This document shows, piece after piece, positions 1 through 9,958 of a stretch of 64,000 nucleotides of DNA. The stretch comes from a virus. The notes under the pieces are model-generated. The model ran no database searches. It was not told the DNA's origin and saw only the letters and a list, made by a program, of their open reading frames with translations. Position 1 is the stretch's first letter; each line of letters begins with the position of its first letter. The stretch lies in the IMG/VR virus record IMGVR_UViG_3300043403_000051, positions 1 to 64,000 of that record. One strand, 5' to 3'. Position numbers and translations under genes: made by a program.

Positions 1-1
1 A

Positions 2-505
2 GAAAATAACAAATCTTCTTTTTTAGACGCTCGTAAAAAATATTATCAAAACAATATTGATAAAATGAGAGTTTCTAAACGAGAATATTATAAACTTCAT
101 GTTGAAGAAAAGAAGCAATATGATGTTTTATATAGAGAAAAAAACAAAGAGAAGATAAAACAATACAAGAAAGATTGGGAAGCTTTAAACAAGGACAACC
201 CGATATTTAAAATAAAAAGAACTCTTAGAACAAGAGTTAGAAATGCTTTAAAAAGTGTATCGAAAACTGATAAAACTTTTTCTTTAATTTGTTGTACTCC
301 ATCTAAATTTAAAACACATATTGAAAAACAATTTGCAACAGGTATGTCTTGGGATAATTACGGAGAATGGCATATAGACCACATAATTCCTTGTTTTACA
401 TTTAATCTTTTACTTGAAGAAGAACAGAAAAAATGTTTTCATTATTCCAACCAACGTCCACTTTGGGCAAAAGATAATTTAAGTAGAGTTAGAAGTATCT
501 GGTAA
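2..505 (+). CDS. HNH-type endonuclease, possibly 5'-partial
   Basis: WHIDHIIP...CFHYSNQRPLWAKDN motif with a basic coiled N-terminus; frame is open from the window start; overlaps the 3' end of the NAMPT fragment on the opposite strand. Confidence 0.75.
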   Translation, partial: ENNKSSFLDARKKYYQNNIDKMRVSKREYYKLHVEEKKQYDVLYREKNKEKIKQYKKDWEALNKDNPIFKIKRTLRTRVRNALKSVSKTDKTFSLICCTPSKFKTHIEKQFATGMSWDNYGEWHIDHIIPCFTFNLLLEEEQKKCFHYSNQRPLWAKDNLSRVRSIW

Positions 506-1277
506 CAACCCATTGTTGTTTTTCTTCATCCCATGTTTCTTCAACTTGTGTATAGTTATTACCAAATATATTCATACAGGCCACACTATGTTCGCTGGCT
601 GGTACAGAAGCACCGATTAAACCAGTTGCTTTATAAGACTTTTCAAGCTGATAAATAGCAGGGATAGTATCAGTGCCTGTAAAGGATGTAAGGTGTCCCA
701 TACCACTAAGAATAGCAGACTCCACAGAAGACATTCCCCGCATACTAAAATCATGGCCCTGCCATTGAACACCTTCATCAGTCCCTGTAGTTTCGATAGC
801 ATATTTACTAAGTAGTTTTTTGTATTCATGAGCAATTGTTGCTGAAGTGTAGCATTGCCACAAGGAACAGCTGATTAACGTTTCAAGATAGTTTACTAAC
901 CACCCAAATCCTCGATGAGTATTAGTAATAGTAAGCATAGGAACGCCTATTGGACATAAAGACCCTTCTGGAAGAGCCTTTAACACAATAGGTAAATACC
1001 CTAACTCATGTAATTTTTGTATATGGTCAGTATTTACAGGACAATGCTTTTCATATTCTGTTTTTATATCTTTCCAATCTTTTAAGAAAAACTCCTTATT
1101 AAAAGTTTCAATAAGGTATGTCTTAACAAAATGTTGTATACCAAATACTACTACTGAATTAATACCAGGAATTCTTGATTTTCTACATGTACCATTAGAG
1201 TATAACTTAGTCATATTCTCTGGATACATTGGATGGTGATGGATTTTGTAGCTGTCTACTAATAGTAATGGATTCAT
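489..1277 (-). CDS. nadV: Nicotinamide phosphoribosyltransferase (NAMPT), N-terminal part only
   Basis: LLVDSYK, NYLET, HDFSMRG, GTDTIPA and PASEHSV motifs; stops at 262 aa, about half the usual length. Confidence 0.85.
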   Translation of the reverse strand: MNPLLLVDSYKIHHHPMYPENMTKLYSNGTCRKSRIPGINSVVVFGIQHFVKTYLIETFNKEFFLKDWKDIKTEYEKHCPVNTDHIQKLHELGYLPIVLKALPEGSLCPIGVPMLTITNTHRGFGWLVNYLETLISCSLWQCYTSATIAHEYKKLLSKYAIETTGTDEGVQWQGHDFSMRGMSSVESAILSGMGHLTSFTGTDTIPAIYQLEKSYKATGLIGASVPASEHSVACMNIFGNNYTQVEETWDEEKQQWVVTRYF

Positions 1278-1314
1278 ATTTTATTTTTAATTTTTAATTG
1301 TTAATTGTTAATTA

Positions 1315-1587
1315 TTAAATAGTCTTTGCCTTCGTTTTTTCACTTTTGAAATTTAATGTTAGTTCTTTTAAATCTTCTTCTGTTATATAATATCGTCCTT
1401 CCTCATCCTCACCACCACCAAGAATTATTCTTCCTTCGGCATCAATATGAGACCATGAATGGCTATATACAAAATATCGTATCATAGTATTATTTTCATC
1501 TTCTGTAAGTTCTCTTTTAATGGGGTAGGCGGGAGCAATAAACTTTTCCGCATCTTTTTTAATAAAATCACCAAGACTAAAAAACAT
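1315..1587 (-). CDS. hypothetical protein
   Basis: ORF in the minus-strand gene block. Confidence 0.5.
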   Translation of the reverse strand: MFFSLGDFIKKDAEKFIAPAYPIKRELTEDENNTMIRYFVYSHSWSHIDAEGRIILGGGEDEEGRYYITEEDLKELTLNFKSEKTKAKTI

Positions 1588-1993
1588 AATTATTTATTTT
1601 AAAAGTTTTAAAAACAACTTTACAGGAATAAGGATAGGTGAAAGAACAATTAGAACAATGTAAAAAACAACAAACTTTACATTTACTATAAAATAGCGTG
1701 TAAGAAAACTCCACCAAAATATAATGCCTGTTCCCCACATAAAACCTAAATAAGAACTAAGTAATTCTGTCATAAAATTAATATTTAAACATTTGATAAT
1801 TTGTTTTTGCTTCTAATTTTAAACGATTATATACAATCCATTCAATTTCATGAAACTCTATAAAAGTGTGTGATGGTTTTAACTCTTCTTTTGAATTAGC
1901 AGTTACATAACCAATTACAGTACCCCTATCATTAGGGCCACCATCAGATAACAATATTTCCTGAAAGATTTTTTTCATGTTTTTTTAGTTTTG

Positions 1994-2090
1994 TTCTCTT
2001 GGGTGAGTCCGAGCCACCTACCTTCACTATGTTGTATTTGTTTCACCACTTTCCAACAACGCAACGCTCTACCAAATGAGCTACAAGAGA
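1994..2090 (-). ncRNA. tRNA-like RNA with expanded anticodon arm
   Basis: Minus strand: TCTCTTG/CAAGAGA acceptor, TAGCTCATTTGGTAGAGC D-arm, GGTGG-CTCGGAC-TCACC T-like arm; anticodon arm replaced by a longer hairpin. Confidence 0.6.
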
Positions 2091-2100
2091 GACCTTTATC

Positions 2101-2382
2101 TTAGGCGTTTGTACGCACGGCTAAACGAACAAGGTGTGATATTGGTTTAAATACATCACGGGTTGGGTACTTATCTTTTACTACATTTAAGGCAGCTTTT
2201 GTTGCATGTTTACGGGCAATACGCTTATCGCACTTATCTGTGTAATACCGCTTCACCGTCCCAACGAATTCCTCGTTAGTATCAGTGTTTTTTATTACAC
2301 AATTAGTAACAATAGGTGCCATTTTGTTGTCATACTGCCATGTAATATGCAGTTTGCCAATTGAAGTTTCTACTTTTAACAT
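2101..2382 (-). CDS. hypothetical protein
   Basis: ORF starting MLKVETSIG; A-rich upstream region. Confidence 0.5.
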   Translation of the reverse strand: MLKVETSIGKLHITWQYDNKMAPIVTNCVIKNTDTNEEFVGTVKRYYTDKCDKRIARKHATKAALNVVKDKYPTRDVFKPISHLVRLAVRTNA

Positions 2383-2624
2383 AAAATTTAATTTATTGAG
2401 ATTAAGAAAAAACAAGGAAAAAAACAAAGCGGGGTCTGTACCTAAGCACAGACTCCCCCAATAAGGTAGGTTAATTTCTCAACCTCATTACAGATAACAA
2501 CCTTATTCCGCAACAAACAACTAATATGAATACTCTGATACTGGCCTCATCTATAAATAGACTACTACATTGATACTCGTAATATATAATTTTGCTTGTT
2601 ACCTAACTTTGTTTTATATTTTTA

Positions 2625-2795
2625 AATAAATAAATATTTCCACAACTACAACAGTTAATTGTAGATTCGTAAAGCAGGTGCTTTCTCCTTGATAGGGAGC
2701 TACATTGACCTATACCTGACAGTTTACAAGCTCGCTTCTTACGCTACAAATAGATTAGCAAGTTCTCTATTGTGTAGTTATGAAAATATTTATTT
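2625..2795. ncRNA. candidate rod-like structured RNA (~170 nt)
   Basis: Nested inverted repeats AAATAAATATTT/AAATATTTATTT, ACTACA/TGTAGT, TTGTAG/CTACAA, GTAAA/TTTAC, CAGGT/ACCTG in a non-coding gap. Confidence 0.5.
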
Positions 2796-3445
2796 ATTCT
2801 TCTAAAAATTTAGTTACAAAGAATACTATTACTATAAAAATTAATATAAATAATAAAACTGTATGATTCGCAGCCATCCACATACTGCCTACAGTAATAG
2901 ATACAACAGCGCATCCAATAAGAGTATTTATAAAAAAACCTTTTAAGAACTTTCTTGTTTGGCGTGAAAGTTTAAATAAATTAAATAACTCTATAATATT
3001 TGACATATTTTTAACAATTTATTTTTTGATAAAAAATAAAGATACAATACCTTTGTACATCTTAGAAGCTATGCTAAACGAAACAGCCTCTCTCAGTCCT
3101 GATATAAGGGGAATATGGAACAATTATGGAAATGTGTCAGAGGAATATTTTTTATCCAATACGTATGAAACAAAATTGCAACTGGCTACTTGTGACGAAA
3201 TGCGCCAACCTAATTTTAATAAGGTATTTATTTCCTCCAGTTTACCTGGAATGTAAACTATGATTACCATCTGTTCCATAAAAATATAATTTTAAATGAT
3301 TAAAAAAGGTGGGAAACTTGTTACCTGTAATCAGCCTCGACGTACGACGGAAGCATAATGGTAATTGATTACAGTTTACAAATCTTTTACAGGGGGTAGG
3401 GGGTTTGTAAACTTGTTTTTTATTACCTAACTCCCTCAAAAAGCA

Positions 3446-3816
3446 TTAATCTTTCACAAAATCACCTATATTGATTAAATAAATACACATGTTTGAATCA
3501 TTTGTAGATTTATATGGTGTCTTATTAATAAGATAAGGTCTGAAAAAAAGTATCAATCTTTACACCAATATTACTACAAATATTAACATCTACTAATAAT
3601 ATTGGGGTTGATATATAATTAGGAAACAATTTTAACGTCATCAGCAGTATCAAAAAGCTCCAGGAAGTGAGCAAAATAAGCCATTGTTGATAACTGGCAA
3701 TTTCCCGTTACTTGATGATTAAGAATATATTGATATTGATAAGCATTTGCTTTAAAGTAAATTCCAACTGTTTGGGATGCTTTTTCTTGGATACGAACTT
3801 CAGATATTGTTGCCAT
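3446..3816 (-). pseudogene. apparently frameshifted hypothetical gene
   Basis: ORF 3619-3816 stops after DDVKIVS; another frame continues FPNYISTPILLVDVN...KTPYKSTNDSNMCIYLIN to TAA at 3446. Confidence 0.4.
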
Positions 3817-3979
3817 ACCTTATTTATTTTTTTTCATACTACCAGGCTTCCTCATAAAGAATTCTCCTTTGGGAGATTTGCTGTTTTTATTATCTACTTT
3901 ATCAGATAGGGTATTCCATTCTGCGATTCGTGCTGCTAATTTTGCAGCAATTTTTTTACCTTGCTTTGCCATATTTTGT

Positions 3980-4357
3980 TTATTTTAATTTTAATTTTTT
4001 AAATTCCTTGTAAAGATAATCAACGGGGTGAGTGTATGCAAAGTTTAAAATTCTCACACTGGAACAATTGTTTTCAAAGTGTGGGTCAATACCATTTTGA
4101 AGTTGTTTTTGTGCAAGTCTTGTCGTAAGATGTGTCATACAAAATTCAAACCAATGAATAGATAAATCTAATACTCCATATTTACCTATTCTTAGTATGT
4201 TATTATTAATCATTTCATCTTCATCAGGGTCTTTAAAATTAACACGACTCGACTTAGAATCAATTCTAAAATAACAAATGTTATAGTCAGGAAACAGTGC
4301 TTTGCACATTTCCAGCAACATTTCTTTTTGCAAAGAAGTCAATGAAAGATTTGTCAT
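3980..4357 (-). CDS. hypothetical phage protein
   Basis: 125-aa ORF with IHWFEFC and HPVDYLY segments. Confidence 0.6.
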   Translation of the reverse strand: MTNLSLTSLQKEMLLEMCKALFPDYNICYFRIDSKSSRVNFKDPDEDEMINNNILRIGKYGVLDLSIHWFEFCMTHLTTRLAQKQLQNGIDPHFENNCSSVRILNFAYTHPVDYLYKEFKKLKLK

Positions 4358-4615
4358 AGTAATAATTAATTTATATAATGTCTACATTAGCTGGAAAATT
4401 TTCAAACACTTCTTTATTGGATGTAAAAACATGTCCGACAGATTTTATTACATCTTTTCTTGCGTTATTATGATATCCAATATTATTATCGGAACAAAAT
4501 TTTTCAAAAGCCACATCATCTTCAATTGCAACATGAAACTTTAATTCTTCATAATTTGTGCAATAATAATCAGCGTTAGTAGGAATTTTTATTTTTGACA
4601 TACTGTTATTTATTG

Positions 4616-4843
4616 TTACCAAATTCTATCGGGCACTTGTTTAAATCTTTCCCCTAATACAACTCGCCAATCAGTAGCAAGTATATCGTCCTGTGTTAAA
4701 TTCCAGAAATGGGTAGTGTGTTCGTTCTTCATTTTTGTATGAAGTTGTCCACCAACCATTTTTACTGATAGTCTTTCAGACCAAATAGCTCTTTGTATAG
4801 AGCCATTAACATCAATGTGCTGTTTTGCTTCTTCCCATTTCAT
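4616..4843 (-). CDS. DUF2829 / Tad2-like anti-defence sponge protein
   Basis: MKWEEA...RAIW N-terminus and C-terminal WNLTQDDILATDW signature. Confidence 0.65.
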   Translation of the reverse strand: MKWEEAKQHIDVNGSIQRAIWSERLSVKMVGGQLHTKMKNEHTTHFWNLTQDDILATDWRVVLGERFKQVPDRIW

Positions 4844-4858
4844 ATATGGAGTTTTAAA

Positions 4859-5266
4859 TTATTTCCAGTTAATAGGTTTTGTAAAAAAGTTTTTGATTGT
4901 CGCAAATATTATACTTTTAGAAAATGTTATTTGGCATTGTCTAAATATGTATATAGTTGTAAATATTAAAAATGTTATAAAACACAGTAAAAATGATGCA
5001 TGAATAACTGTTTTTTCAGGAACATCGCAAAACAGTAATATAAGAGCAAATAAAAACCACTCTATAATATATATACAAACACCAGCTAAAAATTGTATAA
5101 TAGGGTCAGATAGCCAGTCATCTAATACAATTATTAAAACCCTAAAAGGAAAAGTAATCAATGCCCAAAACACACACCAAGGAATTACTAATAACTCCAA
5201 CCTTGTACGAGGCAATCTATTATAAAAAAGATATACACAATCTGCATACCAGCTATTACGTTTCAT
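4859..5266 (-). CDS. membrane protein
   Basis: Three hydrophobic segments. Confidence 0.5.
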   Translation of the reverse strand: MKRNSWYADCVYLFYNRLPRTRLELLVIPWCVFWALITFPFRVLIIVLDDWLSDPIIQFLAGVCIYIIEWFLFALILLFCDVPEKTVIHASFLLCFITFLIFTTIYIFRQCQITFSKSIIFATIKNFFTKPINWK

Positions 5267-5289
5267 AAATAAAAGCTTTAAAATTTGAC

Positions 5290-5350
5290 AGGTGACAGTT
5301 TGGTTTTCATTAAAAGTGAAAGTTTGTTTGTAGTTTGCTGTGTGTCACCT
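5290..5350 (-). ncRNA. ACAGCAAA-motif structured RNA, copy 1
   Basis: AGGTGACA/TGTCACCT closing stem, ACAGCAAAC, inner hairpin TTTCA-CTTTTAA-TGAAA. Confidence 0.6.
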
Positions 5351-5359
5351 TTTTATTAT

Positions 5360-5716
5360 TTATATATCACCACCCGCCCAAAAATTTTCTTTGGCTTCTA
5401 TTGCCACATCTTTTAGGATTTCATATAGTTGGGGAATATGCATTAATATATCAATATCCACTTTATATATAAGGTTGTCGGTAAATTGCATGAATGTAAA
5501 TGTAGTTATGTCATTGTTTGTTGACAAACAAACTCTTATTTTCCATTCCGACAGTGTTTTACAGACTACAGCGTGGGTCTTATAAGTATCATCGTATGTA
5601 TATGTTACTTCATCTAACCATTTTGGCTTTTGATGAGGAAGAGTAATTCCATAACTTGCTATATGCTTATCATAGAATTTTTTAACTTGCTCAAAACTTG
5701 CAGGAATTATTTGCAT
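5360..5716 (-). CDS. hypothetical protein
   Basis: 118-aa ORF in operon context. Confidence 0.55.
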   Translation of the reverse strand: MQIIPASFEQVKKFYDKHIASYGITLPHQKPKWLDEVTYTYDDTYKTHAVVCKTLSEWKIRVCLSTNNDITTFTFMQFTDNLIYKVDIDILMHIPQLYEILKDVAIEAKENFWAGGDI

Positions 5717-5739
5717 ATTTATGATTTTAAAGCGTAATA

Positions 5740-6279
5740 CTATGGTTTAACGTATTTAATAATTGCTGACCCCTTAAGATTTCTTCCACCTAATTTTTTT
5801 AGGTACTGACCCGCGCCACTCGCAGGTAAAAAATAAAATATAGCTCCTGATTTCATGGTTGCAATTATATTATCTATCCCCTTAATCATAAGGGCCTCGT
5901 TTTGTATTGGATTATAACTATATAATACATCCCACTCTTTAAAATCATAATCCAACAAGTCTCCTTGAAAAAGCCAATCTGGCTCCAAATTAACATATAA
6001 GTCCTGATATTCAAGACCCATGCTTTTGGCAAATCCCATTATAGACATTATTGTAGGAATTGTTGATGTTCCTGCACCCACATCTAAAAAAGAAAGTGTA
6101 TTAATTTCTTTTAATTTTTGAATTTCTTGTTCCAGCAAGTCTTCTATTGCATTCTCATAAGATGGTATATAATTCCAATAACTTTTATCACTACCCAACT
6201 CTAATTTACGTCCAAGTTTATAGGCTAAACCTTCACGACTTATATCAAGTAATGTTTTGGCAAATAATTTGTAATTCAT
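5740..6279 (-). CDS. SAM-dependent methyltransferase (class I)
   Basis: FLDVGAGT motif I, GLE, GDLL, DVLYSYNP. Confidence 0.75.
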   Translation of the reverse strand: MNYKLFAKTLLDISREGLAYKLGRKLELGSDKSYWNYIPSYENAIEDLLEQEIQKLKEINTLSFLDVGAGTSTIPTIMSIMGFAKSMGLEYQDLYVNLEPDWLFQGDLLDYDFKEWDVLYSYNPIQNEALMIKGIDNIIATMKSGAIFYFLPASGAGQYLKKLGGRNLKGSAIIKYVKP

Positions 6280-6313
6280 AGTTGTTTGTTAAAATTATTA
6301 TAAAATAGTTAGC

Positions 6314-6572
6314 AGTTTATGTTTGTTTTCAAATACCATTTTGAATTTTTGTTGTTGTTTGCTGTACATAAACTTATCAGAAGGGACTGTATTTCCATCA
6401 CCAGGATGCCACAGTTAAGGCGTTAGGAGTCGAACCCAACTTGTCTTTTTTAAATAAAAGTAATTGTTTGTTTTTGTTTGCTGTATCCCTTCTTATCTTT
6501 GACAGGTTGCTTTTAATAAACGCTACAAGTTAGAAAATTGTTGTTTTTATTTTTTTTTGCTGTAAACAACCT
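6314..6572 (-). ncRNA. three tandem ACAGCAAA-motif structured RNAs (6314-6374, 6379-6493, 6504-6572)
   Basis: Each has a different closing stem followed by ACAGCAAA and an A/C-rich tract; copy 6379-6493 contains GTTGGG-TTCGACT-CCTAAC, a TPsiC-like arm. Confidence 0.6.
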
Positions 6573-6586
6573 TATTTATTATGAAA

Positions 6587-6850
6587 TTATTTATCCTCAG
6601 CAAGTAGTTCTTTAAACACTTTGTCAGATAACTCTCTTGCAATTTTTTGTTGCACAAGATTTCGAATAATCGAATCAGAAACATACTTACTTTTATCTAT
6701 AAGTGTTTTAATTCTTTCGTTAATAATTTGTTCAATATCTATTTTTTGTACAACTTCCTGAAAAGCCTTCTCTATCTTTTGTTTTAACAAGTCATTGATA
6801 GTACTTTTAACTTCGTTATCAAAGTCATTGATAGTTACGTGAATATGCAT
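6587..6850 (-). CDS. hypothetical helical protein
   Basis: ORF directly downstream of the DUF2828-like gene. Confidence 0.55.
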   Translation of the reverse strand: MHIHVTINDFDNEVKSTINDLLKQKIEKAFQEVVQKIDIEQIINERIKTLIDKSKYVSDSIIRNLVQQKIARELSDKVFKELLAEDK

Positions 6851-6859
6851 AAAATTATT

Positions 6860-8536
6860 TTAGAGTGAAATATATTGCATTAATTCTTGATTAAGAGCTA
6901 TATCAACCACATCCTCAGCAGTTTGGGGTTTTTTATCATTTGATTTGGAACCTGTTAAAAATGTAATTACTGATGGGTCATAACCACCATAATAAAATAC
7001 ATTCTTTTCAGTAGATTTTGATTCAAACGTTGTCTTACGATTACCATAAAACGTGTTACGTATATCCCAAAAAACAAAAGAAAAATTATTAACAAAATGT
7101 TTACTAAACCCAACCTGATGTAGTTTATATTTAAAGGCATTAATGTTGGTGGTATCGTACATTTTTGTAGAGTCAAACTCCCCATCAGATATACAAATTA
7201 TACCTTTAGGAAAATCCTCTTCACGGAATCCTTTTTGCTTAATTATACACAGTAAATCAGCAACAGCAAGAAAGTTTGTATTAGCTGATGCAATCCGTGT
7301 TTCCGTGCGCCAAAGTTCAGTCACATTTTTGCCAGTTAATGTACGCAATATTGCAGTGCTTGCAAAGTCAATGTATGTTCCTGCAAACTGTCCTTTTAAC
7401 ATTTGTGCAAAAAAGATTGATAAAGTTTTTGCTATGTGGTAAGAGGAAACATTTGTGCCATATGCCATAGAATTCATGGATTCACTCGTGTCCTTCACTA
7501 CAATATATTCACCTGCTAATCCACCTGCCAATTGCAGCAAACCATCCCATTGTTTGTTAATGGTATCTGTTTGATACTTTTCAGCACTATGAGTAATTTT
7601 TGCAGTCAATTCATGAGGATAACCAGTGAATTTCGCTATTGGTTGCCCTGCAATCCACGTTTGGTATTTGCCCTGCAATCCCTGATTACTTAGGTATTTG
7701 GACTGTACCAATAATGATAAAGCTCGACCATGTATTTTACCAAAATCAATAGACTTGTGTTTACCCTGACTTATTAATTGTTGCCATTGGTGGGCAGTGC
7801 CTGATGTTTTTAATTTGCGGTATTGTTTGTATGTGTTGTAATTTTGTTTGAGTACACCCGAACCTTCCTTACCTCCAAACAATTTACTACATAACCATTT
7901 AGCAATTATATTATCAGCTTGTGCCTCAACAGTTTTACAGGCAGAATTGGCTTTGATTTGTGGTAGGTATTTTTTGATAAGATTAACCTGAAGGTCATCA
8001 CTTAATCCTTCAGCAATAAATGTAAAGAAAATATCCCATTGTAATTTTTTATCAGGCCACCCATGATATTGTAGGTCATACGATAACATTTGAATTAAAT
8101 CATTCCATGACCCTGCTGCAATAAACAAATAAATATTTTTCCAAAACAGTTCGGAGTGATTAATTTGTAACCACATCATTCTCATCAATGATTCATGCTT
8201 CAAACCTGCACCACGTTGAACTTCATTTGTTTGCTCACCATTAGACATTTTACACTTTCGTGTAATCAACCTGCAATAAAGTGTAAATGCAATTGCACTC
8301 CTTGCATCTTCTGCAAATAACACAATCATATCACGCTCAACCTCTGCATAATCACGAGGCTTTTTATATGAACCAATCTTTGCAAATTGGTCAACCAACA
8401 CAGAGCCCGTAGTATTAAACTTACGGGCACCATTACCAGACACATCTTCTGCTGCTATATTTTTAGCAGCATTAACAAAAACAGATGTCTTTTTTTCTTT
8501 TTCCATAAAGAGAGTTTTTTTCTTACTGTTAAACAT
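6860..8536 (-). CDS. DUF2828-like (TROVE/Ro60-related helical domain plus vWA) protein
   Basis: GNGA..TTGS..VDQF N-terminus, GSWNDL, KKYLP, MIDAS-like KDTSESM, TNF, ISDGEFD, VFWD. Confidence 0.7.
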   Translation of the reverse strand: MFNSKKKTLFMEKEKKTSVFVNAAKNIAAEDVSGNGARKFNTTGSVLVDQFAKIGSYKKPRDYAEVERDMIVLFAEDARSAIAFTLYCRLITRKCKMSNGEQTNEVQRGAGLKHESLMRMMWLQINHSELFWKNIYLFIAAGSWNDLIQMLSYDLQYHGWPDKKLQWDIFFTFIAEGLSDDLQVNLIKKYLPQIKANSACKTVEAQADNIIAKWLCSKLFGGKEGSGVLKQNYNTYKQYRKLKTSGTAHQWQQLISQGKHKSIDFGKIHGRALSLLVQSKYLSNQGLQGKYQTWIAGQPIAKFTGYPHELTAKITHSAEKYQTDTINKQWDGLLQLAGGLAGEYIVVKDTSESMNSMAYGTNVSSYHIAKTLSIFFAQMLKGQFAGTYIDFASTAILRTLTGKNVTELWRTETRIASANTNFLAVADLLCIIKQKGFREEDFPKGIICISDGEFDSTKMYDTTNINAFKYKLHQVGFSKHFVNNFSFVFWDIRNTFYGNRKTTFESKSTEKNVFYYGGYDPSVITFLTGSKSNDKKPQTAEDVVDIALNQELMQYISL

Positions 8537-8542
8537 CTTATC

Positions 8543-9205
8543 TTATTTTAAATATAATTTAATTAGCGGTATAACAAAGTAATAATCTGATTTTTTATTA
8601 GTGTATTTTACTCGCACGGCTTTCTCAAATTCTTTTATTGAACCGTAAAAACAACCAGCTTTTATTTTTTTATTAGATTTTGTTATGGTAACAAATCTAT
8701 TATCACCAATGGGGCCAATATTTAAATAATCTTTTGTTTTTATAACCTGCGCATCACCAGAAACCCACGCATTACCAGAAACCTGCGCATTACCAGAAAC
8801 CCACGCATTACCAGAAACCCACGCATTACCAGAAACCTGCGCATTACCATAAACCTGCGCATCACCAGAAACCCACGCATTACCAGAAACCTGCGCATTA
8901 CCAGAAACCCACGCATTACCAGAAACCTGCGCATTACCATAAACCTGCGCATCACCAGAAACCTGCGCATCAGCAGAAACCCGCGCATCAGCAGAAACCC
9001 GCGCATTACCATAAACCTGCGCATTACCATAAACCTGCGCATCATCATAAACCCACGCATCACCCTTTTGTGAAAGATTGGTTTCTTTTTCAATCCATCC
9101 TCCAAGAGTATTCTTTTTTATATCGTCAAAAGTTTCTAATGCTTTTATTTGATATAAAATAACACCATTTATGTTTTTATTGTTTTTAGTTAATATGTAT
9201 TTCAT
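8543..9205 (-). CDS. hexapeptide-repeat (left-handed beta-helix) protein
   Basis: LYQIKAL..GGWIEKE.NLSQ.G.AWV followed by V(S/Y)G(N/D)A(Q/W) repeats and a GCF.G C-terminus. Confidence 0.8.
   Translation of the reverse strand: MKYILTKNNKNINGVILYQIKALETFDDIKKNTLGGWIEKETNLSQKGDAWVYDDAQVYGNAQVYGNARVSADARVSADAQVSGDAQVYGNAQVSGNAWVSGNAQVSGNAWVSGDAQVYGNAQVSGNAWVSGNAWVSGNAQVSGNAWVSGDAQVIKTKDYLNIGPIGDNRFVTITKSNKKIKAGCFYGSIKEFEKAVRVKYTNKKSDYYFVIPLIKLYLK
8745..9062. repeat. 18-bp tandem repeat coding the hexapeptides
   Basis: Variants of AAACC(TG/CA)CGCATTACCAG. Confidence 0.9.
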
Positions 9206-9502
9206 TTGAAAACTTTGGTTTTTAGATTATTTCTTTTTAGTTAACTCAACCTGAACTATTTTACGTTTTCCTATTTTAAACTGTACACCAATCAACTTTT
9301 TCCTTTCTTTTTGGGAAATTTTTACTTTCCCCTTTGCCTCCTTTTTTAAATCTTTTTTTATACCTTTCAACCCTTCGTGGTATATCTGTCCTCCAATGGC
9401 GTAAAACCCTTTTTTTACATCAACTACTAACTTTTCTTTTGTTGTTCCAACTAATGACATAATAGTAAATTTAAAACATTAAAAAATAATCGTAATCTAC
9501 TC

Positions 9503-9730
9503 TTATAAAGAGTGTACTACAATTTCAAAGTTATTTTGAAAATATTCTTTTGCCACAAGCCATTGGTCATCGTGGTTTTTAGGATTTCGAGCAATCATAT
9601 CCCCAACTTTAGGACTTCCCGCTTCTTTATCGGCTTGTGATACGGAAACCCTTTCTGATAATTGTTCACCATTTTTATAAGGTCGCAGTTCTGCGATTTG
9701 TTTTCTGCGGAATTGTTTGAATTCTGACAT
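9503..9730 (-). CDS. small phage protein (PGDYG-like)
   Basis: PKVGDMIARNP...QWLVAKEYFQNNFE. Confidence 0.5.
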   Translation of the reverse strand: MSEFKQFRRKQIAELRPYKNGEQLSERVSVSQADKEAGSPKVGDMIARNPKNHDDQWLVAKEYFQNNFEIVVHSL

Positions 9731-9958
9731 AGTTTTAAATTTAAAATTGTTATTTAATTATTGCTGAATCTTGAATTTTATTTAGTAATACAATTTTTTC
9801 ATAATCATAAACTATTGTATCATCAATTGCATATCCTTTTTTTAAATATATAACTTTAATAGTTCCATTTAACAATAGTTTTGCTCTCCAACTTTCAGCC
9901 ATCTCTGATTCGTTGCATGATATAACAAGTACTAATAAAGCAAATAAAAACTTTTTCA

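Noticed and set aside
489-600. Intein at the NAMPT break
   Set aside because: The sequence after EHSVA has no recognisable intein blocks and stops within about 30 codons.
8740-9105. MRRFLVMRGF repeat ORF; possible CRISPR-like array
   Set aside because: It is an alternative frame of the 18-bp coding repeat, with no unique spacers.
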